Below the pieces are notes generated by a model, which saw nothing but the letters and a program-made list of their open reading frames with translations, was not told the DNA's origin and searched no databases. A stretch of DNA of 64,000 bases from the human T2T-CHM13v2.0 reference genome, Homo sapiens, in the NCBI RefSeq assembly GCF_009914755.1, contig NC_060925.1, one strand, 5' to 3'. A program made the position numbers and the translations under genes. Within the stretch, counting starts at the first letter, position 1. Every line of letters begins with the position of its first letter. Below are positions 1 to 23,450 of this stretch, one piece after another.

Positions 1-124
1 GAGCATTTATTCCATTTACATGTAAAGTTAATATTGTTATGTGTGAATTTGATCCTGTCATTATGATGTTAGCTGGTGATTTTGCTTGTTAGTTGATGCA
101 GTTTCTTCCTAGCCTCGATGGTCT

Positions 125-1161
125 TTACAATTTGGCATGATTTTGCAGTGGCTGGTACCGGTTGTTCCTTTCCATGTTTAGCGCTTCCTTCAGGAGCTCT
201 TTTAGGGCAGGCCTGGTGGTGACAAAATCTCTCAGCATTTGCTTGTCTGTAAAGGAGTTTATTTCTCCTTCACTTATGAAACTTAGTTTGGCTGGATATG
301 AAATTCTGGGTTGAAAATTCTTTTCTTTAAGAATGTTGAATATTGGCCCCCACTCTCTTCTGGCTTCCCCCACTCTCTTCTGGCTTGTAGACTTTCTGCC
401 GAGAGATCTGCTGTTAGACTGATGGGCTTCCCTTTGTGGGTAACCCAACCTTCCTCTCTGGCTGCCCTTAACATTTTTTCCTTCATTTCAGCTTTGGTGA
501 ATCTGACATTTATGTGGCTTGGAGTTGCTCTTCTTGAGGAGTATCTTTGTGGCATTCTCTGTATTTCCTGAATCTGAATGTTGGCCTGCCTTGCTAGATT
601 GGGGAAGTTCTCCTGAATAACATCCTGCAGAGTGTTTTCCAACTTGGTTCCATTCTCCCCGTCACTTTCAGGTACACCAATCAGACGTAGATTTGGTCTT
701 TTCACATAGTCCCATATTTCTTGGAGGCTTTGCTCATTTCTTTTTATTCTTTTTTCTCTAAACTTCCCTTCTTGCTTCATTTCATTCATTTGATCTTCCA
801 TCACTGATACCCTTTCTTCCAGTTGATCGTATCGGCTCCTGAGGCTTCTGCATTCTTCACGTAGTTCTCGAGCCTTGGCTTTCAGCTCCATCAGCTCCTT
901 TAAGCACTTCTCTATATTGGTTATTCTAGTTATACATTTGTCTAAATTTTTTTCAAAGTTATTAACTTCTTTGCCTTTGGTTTGAATTTCATCCTGTAGC
1001 TCGGAGTAGTTTGATCGTCTGAAGCCTTCTTCTCTCAACTCGTCAAAGTCATTCTCCATCCTGCTTTGTTTCGTTGCTGGTGAGGAACTGCGTTCCTTTG
1101 GAGGAGAAGAGGTGCTCTGCTTTTTACAGTTTCCAGTTTTTCTGCTCTGTTTTTTCCCCAT
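125..1161 (-). pseudogene. L1 ORF1p of copy A, frameshifted by a 20-bp tandem duplication
   Basis: Track ORFs 283..1161 and 125..448 together give full ORF1p; CCCCCACTCTCTTCTGGCTT repeated at 347-366 and 367-386. Confidence 0.92.
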
Positions 1162-1741
1162 CTTTGTGGTTTTATCTACTTTTGGTCTTTGATGATGGTT
1201 ATGTACAGATGGGTTTTTGGTGTGGATGTCCTGTTTTGTTAGTTTTCCTTCTAACAGACAGGACCCTCAGCTGCAGGTCTTTTGGGGTTTGCTGGATGTC
1301 CACTCCAGACCCTATTTGCCTGGGTATCAGCAGCAGTGGCTGCAGAACTGCGGATTTTCGTGAACCACAAATGCTGCTGTCTGATCGTTACTCTGGAAGT
1401 TTTGTCTCAGAGGAGTACCCTGCCATGTCAGGTGTCGGTCTGCCCCTACTTGGGGGTGCCTCCCAGTTAGGCTTCTCAGGGGTCAGGGGTCAGGGACCCA
1501 ATTGAGGAGGCATTCTGTCCATTCTCAGATCTCCAGCTGTGTGCTGAGAGAACCACTGCTGTCTTCAAAGCTGTCAGACAGGGACATTTAAGTCTGTGGA
1601 GGTTACTGCTGTCTTGTTGTTTGTGTGTGCCCTGCCCCCAGAGGTGGAGCCTACAGAGGCAGGCAGGCCTCCTTGAGCTGTGGTGGGCTCCATCCAGTTC
1701 GAGCTTCCCGGCTGCTTTGTTTACCTAAGCAAGCCTGGGCA

Positions 1742-1996
1742 ATGGTGGGCGCCCCTCCCCCAGCCTCGCTGCCGCCTTGCAGTTTGATCTCCGACTGTTG
1801 TGCTAGCAATCAGCGAGACTCCGTGGGTGTAGGACCCTCCGAGCCAGGTGCAGGATATAATCTCCTGGTGCGCCGTTTTTTAAGCCCGTTGGAAAAGTGC
1901 AGTATTCGGGTGGGAGTTACCCGATTTTCCAGGTGCCGTCTGTCACCCCTTTCTTTGGCTAGCAAAGGGAACTCCCTGACCCCTTGCACTTCCTGA
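1742..1996 (+). CDS. L1 ORF0 (antisense 5'UTR ORF), open, 84 aa
   Basis: MVGAPPPASLPPCSLISDCCASNQRDSVGVGPSEPG... matches primate L1 ORF0; ATG in gcaATGg context; expression not shown. Confidence 0.6.
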   Translation: MVGAPPPASLPPCSLISDCCASNQRDSVGVGPSEPGAGYNLLVRRFLSPLEKCSIRVGVTRFSRCRLSPLSLASKGNSLTPCTS

Positions 1997-3697
1997 GTGA
2001 GGCAATGTCTCGCCCTGCTTTGGCTCGCACACAGTGCGCTGCACCCACTGTCCTGTGCCCACTGTCTGGCACTCCCTAGTGGATGAACCTGGTACCTCAG
2101 ATGGAAATGCAGAAATCACCTGTCTTCTGCGTCGCTCATGCTAGGAGCTGTAGACAGAGCTGTTCCTATTCGGCCATTTTGGGTGCCCCCCGTTGGTATG
2201 CGGTTTGCTGTGAAATTTTGGTTTGGAGGTCTGTGAATCCTTGTCATTATCTTTGGTTATGGTACAAATTATTAGCTTTTGCTACTCCTGTTGTCTAAAT
2301 GATGTTGGGAGAGAATTTAAACTTCAAAGCAAACATTTTAAAACTTGAGTCTGTCTCCATCTTGGGGAATAGATGGTTACCCTGCCTGCTTCTCTAATTC
2401 TGATTTATTCAGTACTCATTTACCTAGTGCCTACTAAAGTCTCAGGCACCAGGGAAACAAAGTAAATAAGAATTGGTCATGGTCGACCTAGAGGTGGCAA
2501 TCAAATGGGGGTATTCAGACATGGACACTAGTTAATTAAAATAGCAGAGTGAAAGCCTAGAGGACGAATTGATTAAGTGAGGAAAAGGGAGACAAGACTT
2601 CCAAAATAATTATTTGTATGTCAGCTTAGTGATGGGAGTGGAAGTTCACTCCATTGCGGTTGAGAATAAAAAGGATACTTGACTATGTGGATAATTCTGA
2701 ATTGAGTTTTATACTTCAGTTTTAAATGTGGAATGAAAGTTCTGTTAGACCAGTAATTCTCAAGTAACAGTTTGTGGCCTTTTGCTGGTGGCTACATAGA
2801 CACTTGTTAAAAATGCAGACTGCCTGGAGGTACTATGTTCTGAAAAAGCATCTCACGTGATTCTTATAATTAGTAAGGTATGACACCTACTTTAATAAAG
2901 ATCCAGGAGAGATAAAATAAATGGTAGTTGAAGTCACAGGAATGGATAAGATTTCCCTTGAAAGTGTGGAGAGTAAGCAAAGCAGAAGACAAGAAGTAAG
3001 TAGAGAAGGAGCCAGCAAAGGAACTAAAAAGGAATATACTGTGTCCAGCAGCTAGGATGTATATTTACCTGAGTCTTCCAGTTCTTAGAATGGTAATCCT
3101 CATTTCTGAATTGATATATAGAGAAAAAATGTAGAAGAAAAATCTCTAGACTGCTATTTATGATTTGGCTTTATTCTAAAAGGGATTAATCAAGTTTCAG
3201 CTTTGCCCTATCTCCAAATATTATGCCTACTTCTGGAGGAAGTATAATCACAAAATCTGTAGCAGAAACAGCAACTGACCCTCTCGAATAGTGAAAAATG
3301 AAGAAAGTAGAGTATCAGGAAAGAAAGTTGTAATATTAACCAGGCTTTGTAAAACAAAAAATGCTCCATCATACAGTTACTGGATGGAATGAGGATATTT
3401 AATTTACTGAAGTGACCTTTATAATTGAGAACTAGAACTGTTATAGTCTCTCAGGAACAAATCCTTCTGTTCTTAGCCATTCCTATTCTTTTGTATTGAT
3501 GTTGTTGTGATCCATGCATCTTCTACTTTTAGGTAACTAAAACCTTATGTTAATGGAAATGTGCTGTTATAAAAGGGAATACAATGGCAATTATATAACC
3601 TGAATTGGCATAAAAATTAATTGTCTTTTTCAAAATCCACATCCCCAGATAGAATACCTGTTGATCCTGAAGGATTTTTAAAACATATACATTACCA

Positions 3698-8826
<5,129 letters not shown>

Positions 8827-9233
8827 ACCGAAATTTTTGTAGGTATGTAGTTATTATTCAATTTTTTTGAAATGGATTAGCGACTGGAATGCATTCACTT
8901 TTCTTTGAAGTTTCAGGTGGTACTTTATGAAAAGGAATTTCCAAGATCATTTTAATAGTTATGTGATCAACTTTTCACTTAATATTCTTCCTTGCACTGA
9001 TCTGATACAGATTTTTCACAACCTCAGTGAACAAGTGGTAAAATGGTCAACAGTGGTTCTAATATATTTAGCTTTGGAGGTTCTACATTAAAGGTTATTT
9101 TTAGAAAGTTTTCATAATTAACACAGTCTTGAGGAACTATTTTATTATGAATAATATTTTGTTAATGTCAGAGGAAAAGTTGAACAATGATACGTATATC
9201 TAAATAGAGAAAATTTACTCGTGAGAATACCAC

Positions 9234-9882
9234 AGTGAGATCTTCAAATTTTTTGATGGCCAATTTGTGGAGTCTAACCAACAGCAAGTTAGGGAGAACA
9301 CAATCCACACTGCCCTCAGTTCTGACACCAGTTGTAAATTCAGGGAGTTACCAAAACCACCCTTAAGTTCATAATTAATTAAACATGCTCATGGAAGCTG
9401 ACAGAAAGCTGTTATACTCATAGTTACAGTGTATTACAACTATAGAATAGAGATTAAAGCCAGCCAAGGGAAGAAACACAAAGGGTTGAGTCCAGGAGAA
9501 GCACCAAATATGGAGCTTCCTTTGTCCTCTCCCCATGAGTAATGGATGTTACTTTTCTGGCATCAGTGTTTGATAATACACGTGGAGTACTGCCAGCTAG
9601 GGAAGCTCACCCAATCCTTGTTGCCCAGATTTTTTGTTGAGGCTCTGTCACATATTACCTATGTGGCTGACCTTTATTCTCCGGCCTCTCTGTAGGTAAA
9701 ACTTGTATGGCATGGTCCAAAGTCTTAGTCATAAATAACATTGTTAGACTATTCAGTGTCCAAGGCCCCCATGCCTTGGACCCCCCTCATCAGGCATGAT
9801 GTTCCATGGGCTAGAAGTCACCTATTACTAGCCAGTGGCAAAGGCCAAACTTCTCTTTGAGTAAGGTTAATTTTTCACTACA
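9234..9882. mobile_element. Solo LTR, MER21-like (ERVL class)
   Basis: MER21-type motifs (CTGCCCTCAGTTCTGACACC, AAAGCTGTTATACTCA, GGGAAGCTCACCC, GTAAGGTTAATTTTTCACTACAC); boundaries approximate. Confidence 0.7.
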
Positions 9883-10099
9883 CTCTATGTCATTCAGATA
9901 GTAAAAGCAGATGAAACCAAACTGGAACCAATGGCTTAACAAAACTGAGACTTCAGAGACTATGACAGATGAAATGGCTCCATATTGTCCACAGGATTAA
10001 GTTAAAGTGTTTGCATTGAAAATCACCTTTCTGTATTCTGGTTCTCTCTCAACTTGTTCTTTTATGAATTCCCTTCTGCAGTCAATTAGAGTCACATCT

Positions 10100-11330
10100 A
10101 CTGGGCATGCCAAGTGCTTTCCTGCTTTGGAGGGTTTGTTTATACCACACTCGCTGTTAATATATTCACTCATGATCTGTAGGTTTTGTTGAGCCCAGCC
10201 CAGGCCCCATCTCCTGTGGAAGGCCACTTTCACCACTTTACCACTTTTGCAGACATTCTCCACTGATTTCCCATAGCTAACATTGCCCATATAGTTTTTT
10301 TTGGCTGTTAGCATATATTTCTTTCCATTGATATGTATACCTATATCTTGTCTTTACAAGTTGATCTTAAGCCTTTTGCAATTTAAGGAAATAATGGACT
10401 ATGCCCTGTGTTTTTTTGAGCCCCCAGATCCTATTACAATGTCTTGCACATAACAAATGTTAAATAAATATTTGAATGGGAAGTTTTCATATAGACTTGC
10501 AAGTAGGAGTATATTATTCAAATATATGAATTAAATCATCTTGTAAAAATGATGTAAATTATACTTATAAATTTCTGAGGTAAGTTAATCCAGAAAAATA
10601 TTGGAATCATTTTTGGCAATTCATTGAAGACACTGGAAACATAAAGGTCAGAAAAATGATGGAAAATGGTAAGAGAAGTATTGCCATTCCACTTCCACTT
10701 CAGGGCCTTTCACATTGCTTTCCCCTCTGACTGTAACACTCTTTCTCTAAATATTTCTCTAAATAATCTCACTCAGAGAGGCAAAACCACCCTACCTAAT
10801 AGGTCAGCCCTTTCCTCACTATCTCTTTATCTTGCCTTTTTTTTTTTTTTTTGGATGGAGTCTTACTCTGTCACCCAGGCTGGAGTGCAGTGGCGCAGTC
10901 TTGGTTCACTGCAACCTCCGCCCCCCTGAGTTCAAGCGATTCTCCTGCCTCAGCCTCCCAAGTAGTTGGGATTACAGGCACCTGACACCACACCTGGCTA
11001 ATTTTTGTATTTTTTTAGTAGAGACGGGGTTTCACCATCTTGGCCAGGCTGGTCTTCAACTCCTGATCTCATGATCCACCCACCTCTGCCTCCCAAAGTG
11101 CTGGGATTACAGGCATGAGCAACTGTGCCTGGCCTATCTTGCTTTATTTTTATATTACTTTTTACTAACCAATCAACATTATATGCTTAATGTCTTTCTT
11201 CCCTACTACCAGATTATAGGCTCCGTAGAGTCAGAGACTTATTCTTGCTAACAGTTATATCTTCTACATCTAGAATAGTGCCTGATTCTTAGTAAGTGCT
11301 AAGAAAAGTTTTTGTTGAATACATGAATGA
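10100..11330 (+). mobile_element. Two L2 3' fragments (10100-10476 and 10690-11330), the second interrupted by an Alu
   Basis: CAGGGCCTTTCACATTGCT..., TCTAGAATAGTGCCTG..TGTTGAATACATGAATGA L2 3'-end motifs. Confidence 0.6.
10837..11134 (-). mobile_element. AluS
   Basis: Full dimer with poly-T; TSD TATCTTGC on both sides. Confidence 0.95.
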
Positions 11331-11402
11331 GTTTGTACTATTCAGCAAACAGAAAGCTTAATTTTTATATACGTTCACTTTTTGTGGGGTAGTGTGTGTG
11401 TG

Positions 11403-11560
11403 TTTGTTTGTTTTCAGAGTGGGCCTTACTCTGTTGCCCAGGCTGGAGTGCAGTGGCATGATCTCAGATCACTGGAGCCTCGCCTCCTGGGCTCAAGTGA
11501 TCCTCCCATCTCAGCCTACCAAGGTGCTGGGATTACAGGTGTGAGCCAATGCATCTGGCC
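11403..11560 (-). mobile_element. Alu monomer (FRAM/AluJ-like)
   Basis: Single-arm Alu sequence with a GTTT-rich tail. Confidence 0.8.
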
Positions 11561-14424
11561 TTACAGTCACTTTTTGTATTATTCAATTTATGAAAACATA
11601 ATTGAGCTTGAAGAATTTCAAAGAGAAGCATCTAAAGTGATTGAGGAAGTGGTAGAATGTTTTCTAAAATTACTAAAAATTATTCAGCTTATAAAAATAA
11701 TTATTAACTTTGGCCATATATGGATGCACACATGGTCAAAGTTATAAAATTATAAACTGTAATAATTAGGTTAAAATAGGCATGTTTCTCAAACCCTAGT
11801 TTTATCGAGGCACTCTTTAAAAGTTTTTCAGAGAAGTAAAGGAATATTATTTTTATACAGTGGATAATAAACATGGAGCTCTTTCTTAAAATTTGTATGT
11901 ATTTCAAAAGAGTTCAAAGAGCTGTTTTGATAAAAATCACAATTTTAAAGATAATGCAAAATGAGAAATATTTATAACTTCGGAAAGTAACAGCATAGAT
12001 TTCAGCTATGGTGCTTTATCCTAAAAGGAGTTGCAGGTTTCATTATTGCCTGTTGATATTAATTCCAAAAATGTCAAGTTCCCCAGTTGGGACAATGAAC
12101 AGTCAGCAACCCTGAGAACGAAGGCATATCCAAATGTGACCACAGGAGTATTGGGTAGGTGTAACTGGAGTCTAACCCCACATGTTTGTGGTAGACAGTC
12201 ATCTGGAACTCTGACCTAGATTACTTAGAATCTGTGGGAAATCCAGGCTATGCCCATAGGCCTCAGTGCCTCCTAGTCTTATAGTCTTTAAAGAATGCTT
12301 TGTTCTATTCAAGTATTTTCCACTGGAATCCCAGCACTTCCTTCAAGAACAAGGTACACATCATGAATATTGACTGCTCTCGAAATACGCTTCGTCCTCT
12401 CCTCTCTACACGCCTCCCTTTAGTTCTCATTGTAGCTTCTTTCCCTGAAGAGATTTATTTCTACCTGAAGCTAGAATATGGCTTATATTTTTGACCATTG
12501 TGTCTGGCTTTGATTCTGAAGTGTTTGGCAGCATTTATGTGCAGTGACTGGGAAGCAGTTTGTTCACAATATGATTTTATTGAGGTTTTTTCCTTTGCTT
12601 CTGTATTTCCACACTTAAGACTCCCCCCACCCCATATTCAAGGAACAAAGGCTGGCAATGATCCAGCCCTTTTGTATTATTGTCTCTAGTTCATGATTTT
12701 AGTAGCATGTTTGCAACTAGAGTACACTTTTATATTTTCTCTTTTCATCTCTGCCTCTATGGATTTTTGGCAAACATCAAGGTGAATAAATCAGACCGAC
12801 CACTGCAAACCCATCTGCTTTCAGGAACATGTTAGCAGACCAATTTGTGATGTTTTATCATCCAACATAGAACTAAAGGAGGCTCCCTGTGGAGTAAGAA
12901 TAGAAGGCAAAGTCTGAGGTCAAAGAGTTTTTCAGCTTTGAATTATTTATCTGCCTACTGATTGTGCTAGGGACAGTCTATACTGGCATTTTTAATGGCA
13001 CTAACAGATTGGTACGGTATAATACTTATAAAGTTGAAATGATTTTGTGGTAGATTTAAAGTGAAAATACAGCTTATACTTTGGATTTGATAATAGGGAT
13101 TAATAAAAAAAGATGCTGTCACAGTTTTTAAAATGTGGCAAATCAAGGTACACAGTGTTCATTTGACAGGATATTACTTTTACACTTCAGCCGCTGCTAA
13201 GGTTACATTTGAAAACAGTCTTCCTCACTAAAATACCTTTCTAGTTGTTGACAGCCCAGAAATTGGTCATAAAAAATAATAGGCTGTGGTCATACAAAGC
13301 TGTCTTCCTAATGCTTGTTGACACTTCAATGCTGCATTCATTTCTTTCTCACAATGAGCAAGTAAGTGATGATTCTCTTTGAAAAAGAATTAAGAGAATT
13401 GCAAACATGTCAGTGTATATACGTTATACTGGGAGAACAGTTCATGTAATACTCTTGATAACAGGCACTAAATTGAACCTACTTTAAATTGATCAAAAGT
13501 TAAGCAAGCTGCTTATATCTCATAGAGTTGATTTTAAGCTGATCTTCAACAAGCTAAATTGTATTCTCTGCTGGACTATGATTTTATCCAGTAGAGATCA
13601 ATGTCTTTTTTTGAGAATAAGTTTAGTCTTACTACCTAATGGTTTGGAAATTAAAGAGAACCCTTGAAAGGCAGATTTAGTTTCTCTGTGATGATAATGT
13701 CAAGGGCATGGGGTATGGGAGATGTAACTCAGTTTTTCAGACTTTATGACAAACTTCTTTCTACTTTGTGATCTGAGTCAGCTTTTGTTTATAGACCAAC
13801 CTGACAGAGGCAGGAGAAAGGATACTCTCAAGAACTTTGCCTATGAGTTACATTCTTGGTGGTGATGGTCCAGAAAGGAGGCATATACTTGTGATAGTGG
13901 TTTTTGTCCTTTCCATACATGACTTCAACTATTTTTTATCTTTAAAAGCTAAATTCTAAAGTAATGATGGAAATGGTGACTGCTCTGGCAAATTTAGATT
14001 CTACTGTACCCTGTCCTTCCTATCCTTCTTCTGGACATATTTGTGTACATCTTTCTTTATTGTGTGGGTTACATGCAAAGCTGGGGCCAGAGTGTGTATT
14101 AGTTGATAAAAGCAGTACTTTATCTGAATAGTTGTTCACTGTTGCTTTTATGAATGGATTCATAGAAAAAAGGGTAATTTAGGACACATAAAATACATGA
14201 TTGGAAATTAAACAGAGTGTGTGTGCATTAATCCATCATTGTGTTGTAAATCTCTAAAGGAATTGGTTTCATAATCATAATGTAACAGAAAACAGTTGTT
14301 TATTTAGGTATACAGATACAGAAGGATGTCTAAAATGTATATTCACCGAAAATTTTAAACAGTTGAATAATGGTTCTTATGGAAATGGGAAAAATATTTC
14401 TTGTCATTAATTAATAATTTTATT

Positions 14425-14650
14425 TATTTAACAAGTACTCAGTTTATACTAGGCAATATTCTAAGTACTTCACATACATTCTAAATAATGTTATTTTAAG
14501 TAACATTATGCATTTGATATTATCATCCCATTTTACACATGAGGAAACTGTAGTTTAGCAAGATTAAATAACTTGTCTGAGATCCTATAGGAATTAAGTG
14601 AGGAAAGTGGAAATAGAATCAATGAGTTTATCTGGCTTCAAGGCCATTAT
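14425..14650 (-). mobile_element. MIR
   Basis: Core CCCATTTTACACATGAGGAAACTG...ATTAAATAACTTGTCTGAG. Confidence 0.75.
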
Positions 14651-15505
14651 AATATCGTATTGGACTCTGAGGTACAAAATGGGAGATACACCTGCTGAGA
14701 AGTAAGTTGTGGAGCAATTTATGCGTCTAGATATTAGTGAAGTGGCTGCCCTAAAGGAATGACTTGTTCCCTCTTCTCATTCTGGAGAAAACTGGCAGGA
14801 CTTAGGGAGCCCGTGCATATATGGGAATCTTCTCAGAAAATGAATTCATATCAGTTTTGGTTGTGCTATAAAATGTTTTCAGCCATATAAAAATAAAATA
14901 TCATAAGAAAGCCCTTAGCTCCAGATATTTAGATGATGAATTATTGAGCCTCTTTTTGTCCTTCCTCTTTCTTCATTATATTTCTTGTAAAAATTGACCA
15001 CTACAATCAGAATAAGTCTAAAAAGAAAGGAATTAATATTGAGGAGAAAAATTGTTTTGTTTTCCTTTTGCAGAATGTTAGGTTTTGTAACTTTCTTGAC
15101 TCAAATATTTGTTGAATGAGTGAGTGAGTGAATTTGGATGATTAGATGTGCATTCCTGAAACATAAACTCTTTCTACTCTCAACTGTTATGGGTAATTGG
15201 AAGGTGGGTTGACATTAGCTTTTGCTTCAAAAACACAATTATTTTCTTTTGATTTTCACAAGTTCAGTACACAATTTCATTCCTATTAGGCTGTTTACGA
15301 GAATCTGTTCTATCTGTTGACCTTTACTTATATGAGATGGATCAGTGACTAATGTAGCAAAATACCTTATTTAGTCTATAAAGTGAAGTTCTAGAAATTA
15401 TTCCCTTAGCCAAATGAGAGCACTGTATAAGAAGAAAACTCTAGGAACACATATGTATTAAACATTTAAAAGTAATCCTAGGAAGGGGAATTTTATTTTA
15501 ATTAA

Positions 15506-15786
15506 TTTTTTTTTTGAGACGGAGTCTCGCTCTGTCGCCCAGTGGCACGATCTCGGCTCACTGCAACCTCCACTTCCCAGGTTCAAGCGATTCTCCTGCC
15601 TCAGCCTCCTGAGTAGCTGGGATTACAGGCATGTGCTACCATGCCGGGCTAATTTTTTGTATTTTTTAGTAGAGACTGGGTTTCACCGTGTTGCCAGGCT
15701 GGTCTCGAAGTCCTGAGCTCAGGCAATCCGCCCGCCTCAGCTTCCCAAAGTGCTGGGATTACAGGCGTGAGCCATCGCGCCTGGCC
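15506..15786 (-). mobile_element. AluS with a ~12-bp internal deletion
   Basis: TGTCGCCC|AGTGGC lacks AGGCTGGAGTGC; flanking AATTTTATT TSD. Confidence 0.93.
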
Positions 15787-15886
15787 AGGAAATTTTATTA
15801 AGTAAGGACAAGGTGATTTTATTTTCATTTGATTTTGTCCTTTATTTCTTAAATATGTAAGGTCAAGTGTGCATAGAAAAAAATTA

Positions 15887-21042
<5,156 letters not shown>

Positions 21043-22215
21043 AGAAAAAAATTACTCAGTGTTAGGCAAATTTACTCTCTAGATTTTTTTCTTTTTACCA
21101 ATTTTTCTTTTCCTGAATCAGACTATTGGAACCATTTAAACACAGCATAATGCTAAATGCATAATCAGTTCCTAGGGAATACAGTCCAACGATTTCTCTC
21201 TCTTAATGTCCTGAAAAGTACAAAAAGAGTTATCCTGCGGGCCAATAGGCACATATTTACCCCTGAAATATTTCAGCAATGGCAGTAGTAACATTTTTAT
21301 TCCTCATCTTTCAGGTAGTTTATAAGTGGAAACTATTAACTTATCGGAAGAGAGCTCTTCTGTTGGAGAAAACCTGGCAGTGAAAACTTTGGTTTGCCTG
21401 GTTACCAGATTTTTGTACTCAAGACTCCAGACAAGATAAAAGAAATGTTTCATAATATATCACTTTATATAATACCTTTATACTTACCTTATTCTATACC
21501 CCCACCCCACCCTGCAGTTTTCTTTATCATTAGAAACTACATTTACCTTGGCAAATATAAATTTTCTCTGTATCCTTTTACTGAAGTTATGGTGATTTTT
21601 TAAGGCTCTATTTTAATTCAGGTTTAGCATTTCATTCCTGTAAGCCATCAGAATTTCCTCTGGATCGATTTGTAATATGTTCAATGTTTGCTAGGAAATT
21701 TGGAAGTTTTTGGTTTGCTTCCTCTCTTTCTGTATATAAGATCTAATTACCACCCAGCATGAAATAGCAACTGAAATGAAGGCAGCAAGAAAGGGTAGTG
21801 GCTTACCTTAGAGCTAATCAACCACCCCCTTCTTGTATACTTCGCAGCTATCAAGAGAAAGAAAAATGGCATTCATTAAAATAACATATATTAAACTTTT
21901 TTTCTTTCTTGATTTGAGACTGAAGAGAAAGTTTCTTCAAATCTTTATGGAAATAAGACATTAAGCAATTCTTTTAATTTGCAATTAGTAGTCTTATGTG
22001 AATTGTACAAAATATTTTCACCATCAGTGTTGCTATAAGTAGCCCCATACTATTTTCTTGACATTTAAAAAGATAAACATTTCTAGGAATAAAATAAAAT
22101 CAAGAGAATGTTTAATCATTTTTATAAGGCTAGAATTTCACTCAATTTGGGGTTTTGGTTTCTAAATTTGTCTTCAACAAATATCTAGGCTTATCTTTAA
22201 AGAAGATATCATCCT

Positions 22216-22514
<299 letters not shown>

Positions 22515-22744
22515 TTAATATAGTAGCCTGTAGCTTCCTGTTTTGTGGAATCAGTTTGTTGGGTAATTAACCTGGGAAAGATTGACAGTATTTTTACTTT
22601 TTAAATGACCATGGTCTGAGTTTTTATCAGATTGTCAGATTTAAAAATTAGATAATTTGTGGTATTAGACAGATGAGAAATACATACTCTACTATTGTTT
22701 GGAGTATGTATTGGAATGACAGTTCTGGAGAGAGAGAGTACATT

Positions 22745-23295
22745 CATCAAAATTGGAAATGCATGTAACTTTTGCCTTAGCAATTAAACCTCAAGGAATT
22801 TATCCTTGAACACGTGCATAAGCCATGTATAAAATATTCCTTATGATATTGTTTGTTATATAAATAGAAAAAAATGCAAAGAAGATGGTCATTAATAGGA
22901 GAATGTTCAGTAAATTATGATATATCTATATCCAGATATACCTTATTTTTAAAAAGTAACCACTCCTACAGAGAATAAACTATATGTACATGTCTTGATA
23001 AGGAACACTCTATGTTATCCCATTAAGTGAAAGAAACAGTCTAGTTTGCTTCAATGGAGATGTATGTATACAACTTCCCTCCATCCCTGCCCCTTCTCCC
23101 CATATAAACATACATACACACACAAATATGTATAGATAGATGGGTGAAAAGATACAAAGGAGCTGTTGGTAGCACTTATCTTGGGTATAGGACTATGGGT
23201 CTGGGATAGAAGGGAAGTTTTTATGTTTTTCTGTTGTTTACTTTTCTTGCTGTTTGAGTTTTTTACCATGTGTATATATTATATTTCATAACTGG
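22745..23295 (+). mobile_element. Ancient L1M 3' fragment
   Basis: Degenerate ORF2 C-terminus/3'UTR motifs (TTAGCAATT..GGAATTTATCC); boundaries approximate. Confidence 0.5.
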
Positions 23296-23336
23296 GAAAA
23301 AATTTAATAACCAGGTCTATTTTCTTTCTTTTTTAG

Positions 23337-23450
23337 GACTCAGCCCAGGAGAGTGTTATTACTCGAGATATTCATCGTACATTTCCCGCACATGATTACT
23401 TTAAAGATACTGGAGGAGATGGTCAAGAATCGCTCTATAAGATCTGCAAG
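23337..23450 (+). CDS. RABGAP1L: Internal coding exon of RAB GTPase-activating protein 1-like (TBC domain)
   Basis: Polypyrimidine tract and AG at 23335-36, GTAGGA donor at 23451; 38 codons DSAQESVITRDIHRTFPAHDYFKDTGGDGQESLYKICK containing the TBC IxxDxxR arginine-finger motif; residues match my recollection of RABGAP1L rather than RABGAP1. Confidence 0.93.

Larger units (their letters stand above)
1..2191 (-). mobile_element. LINE-1 (L1PA3-like) 5' portion: 5'UTR, ORF1 and start of ORF2; continues off the left edge (copy A)
   Basis: L1 5' end (rc GGGGGGCACCCAAAATGGCCGAATAGGAACAGC) at ~2191; ORF1 ATG at 1161 (MGKKQSRK...); ORF2 ATG at ~61 (rc ATGACAGGATC). Confidence 0.97.

Noticed and set aside
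11900-14400. Unique-looking stretches (also ~52000-53300 and 61700-62900) as further exons or enhancers
   Set aside because: No recognisable RABGAP1L peptide or RNA gene; a regulatory role cannot be judged from sequence alone.
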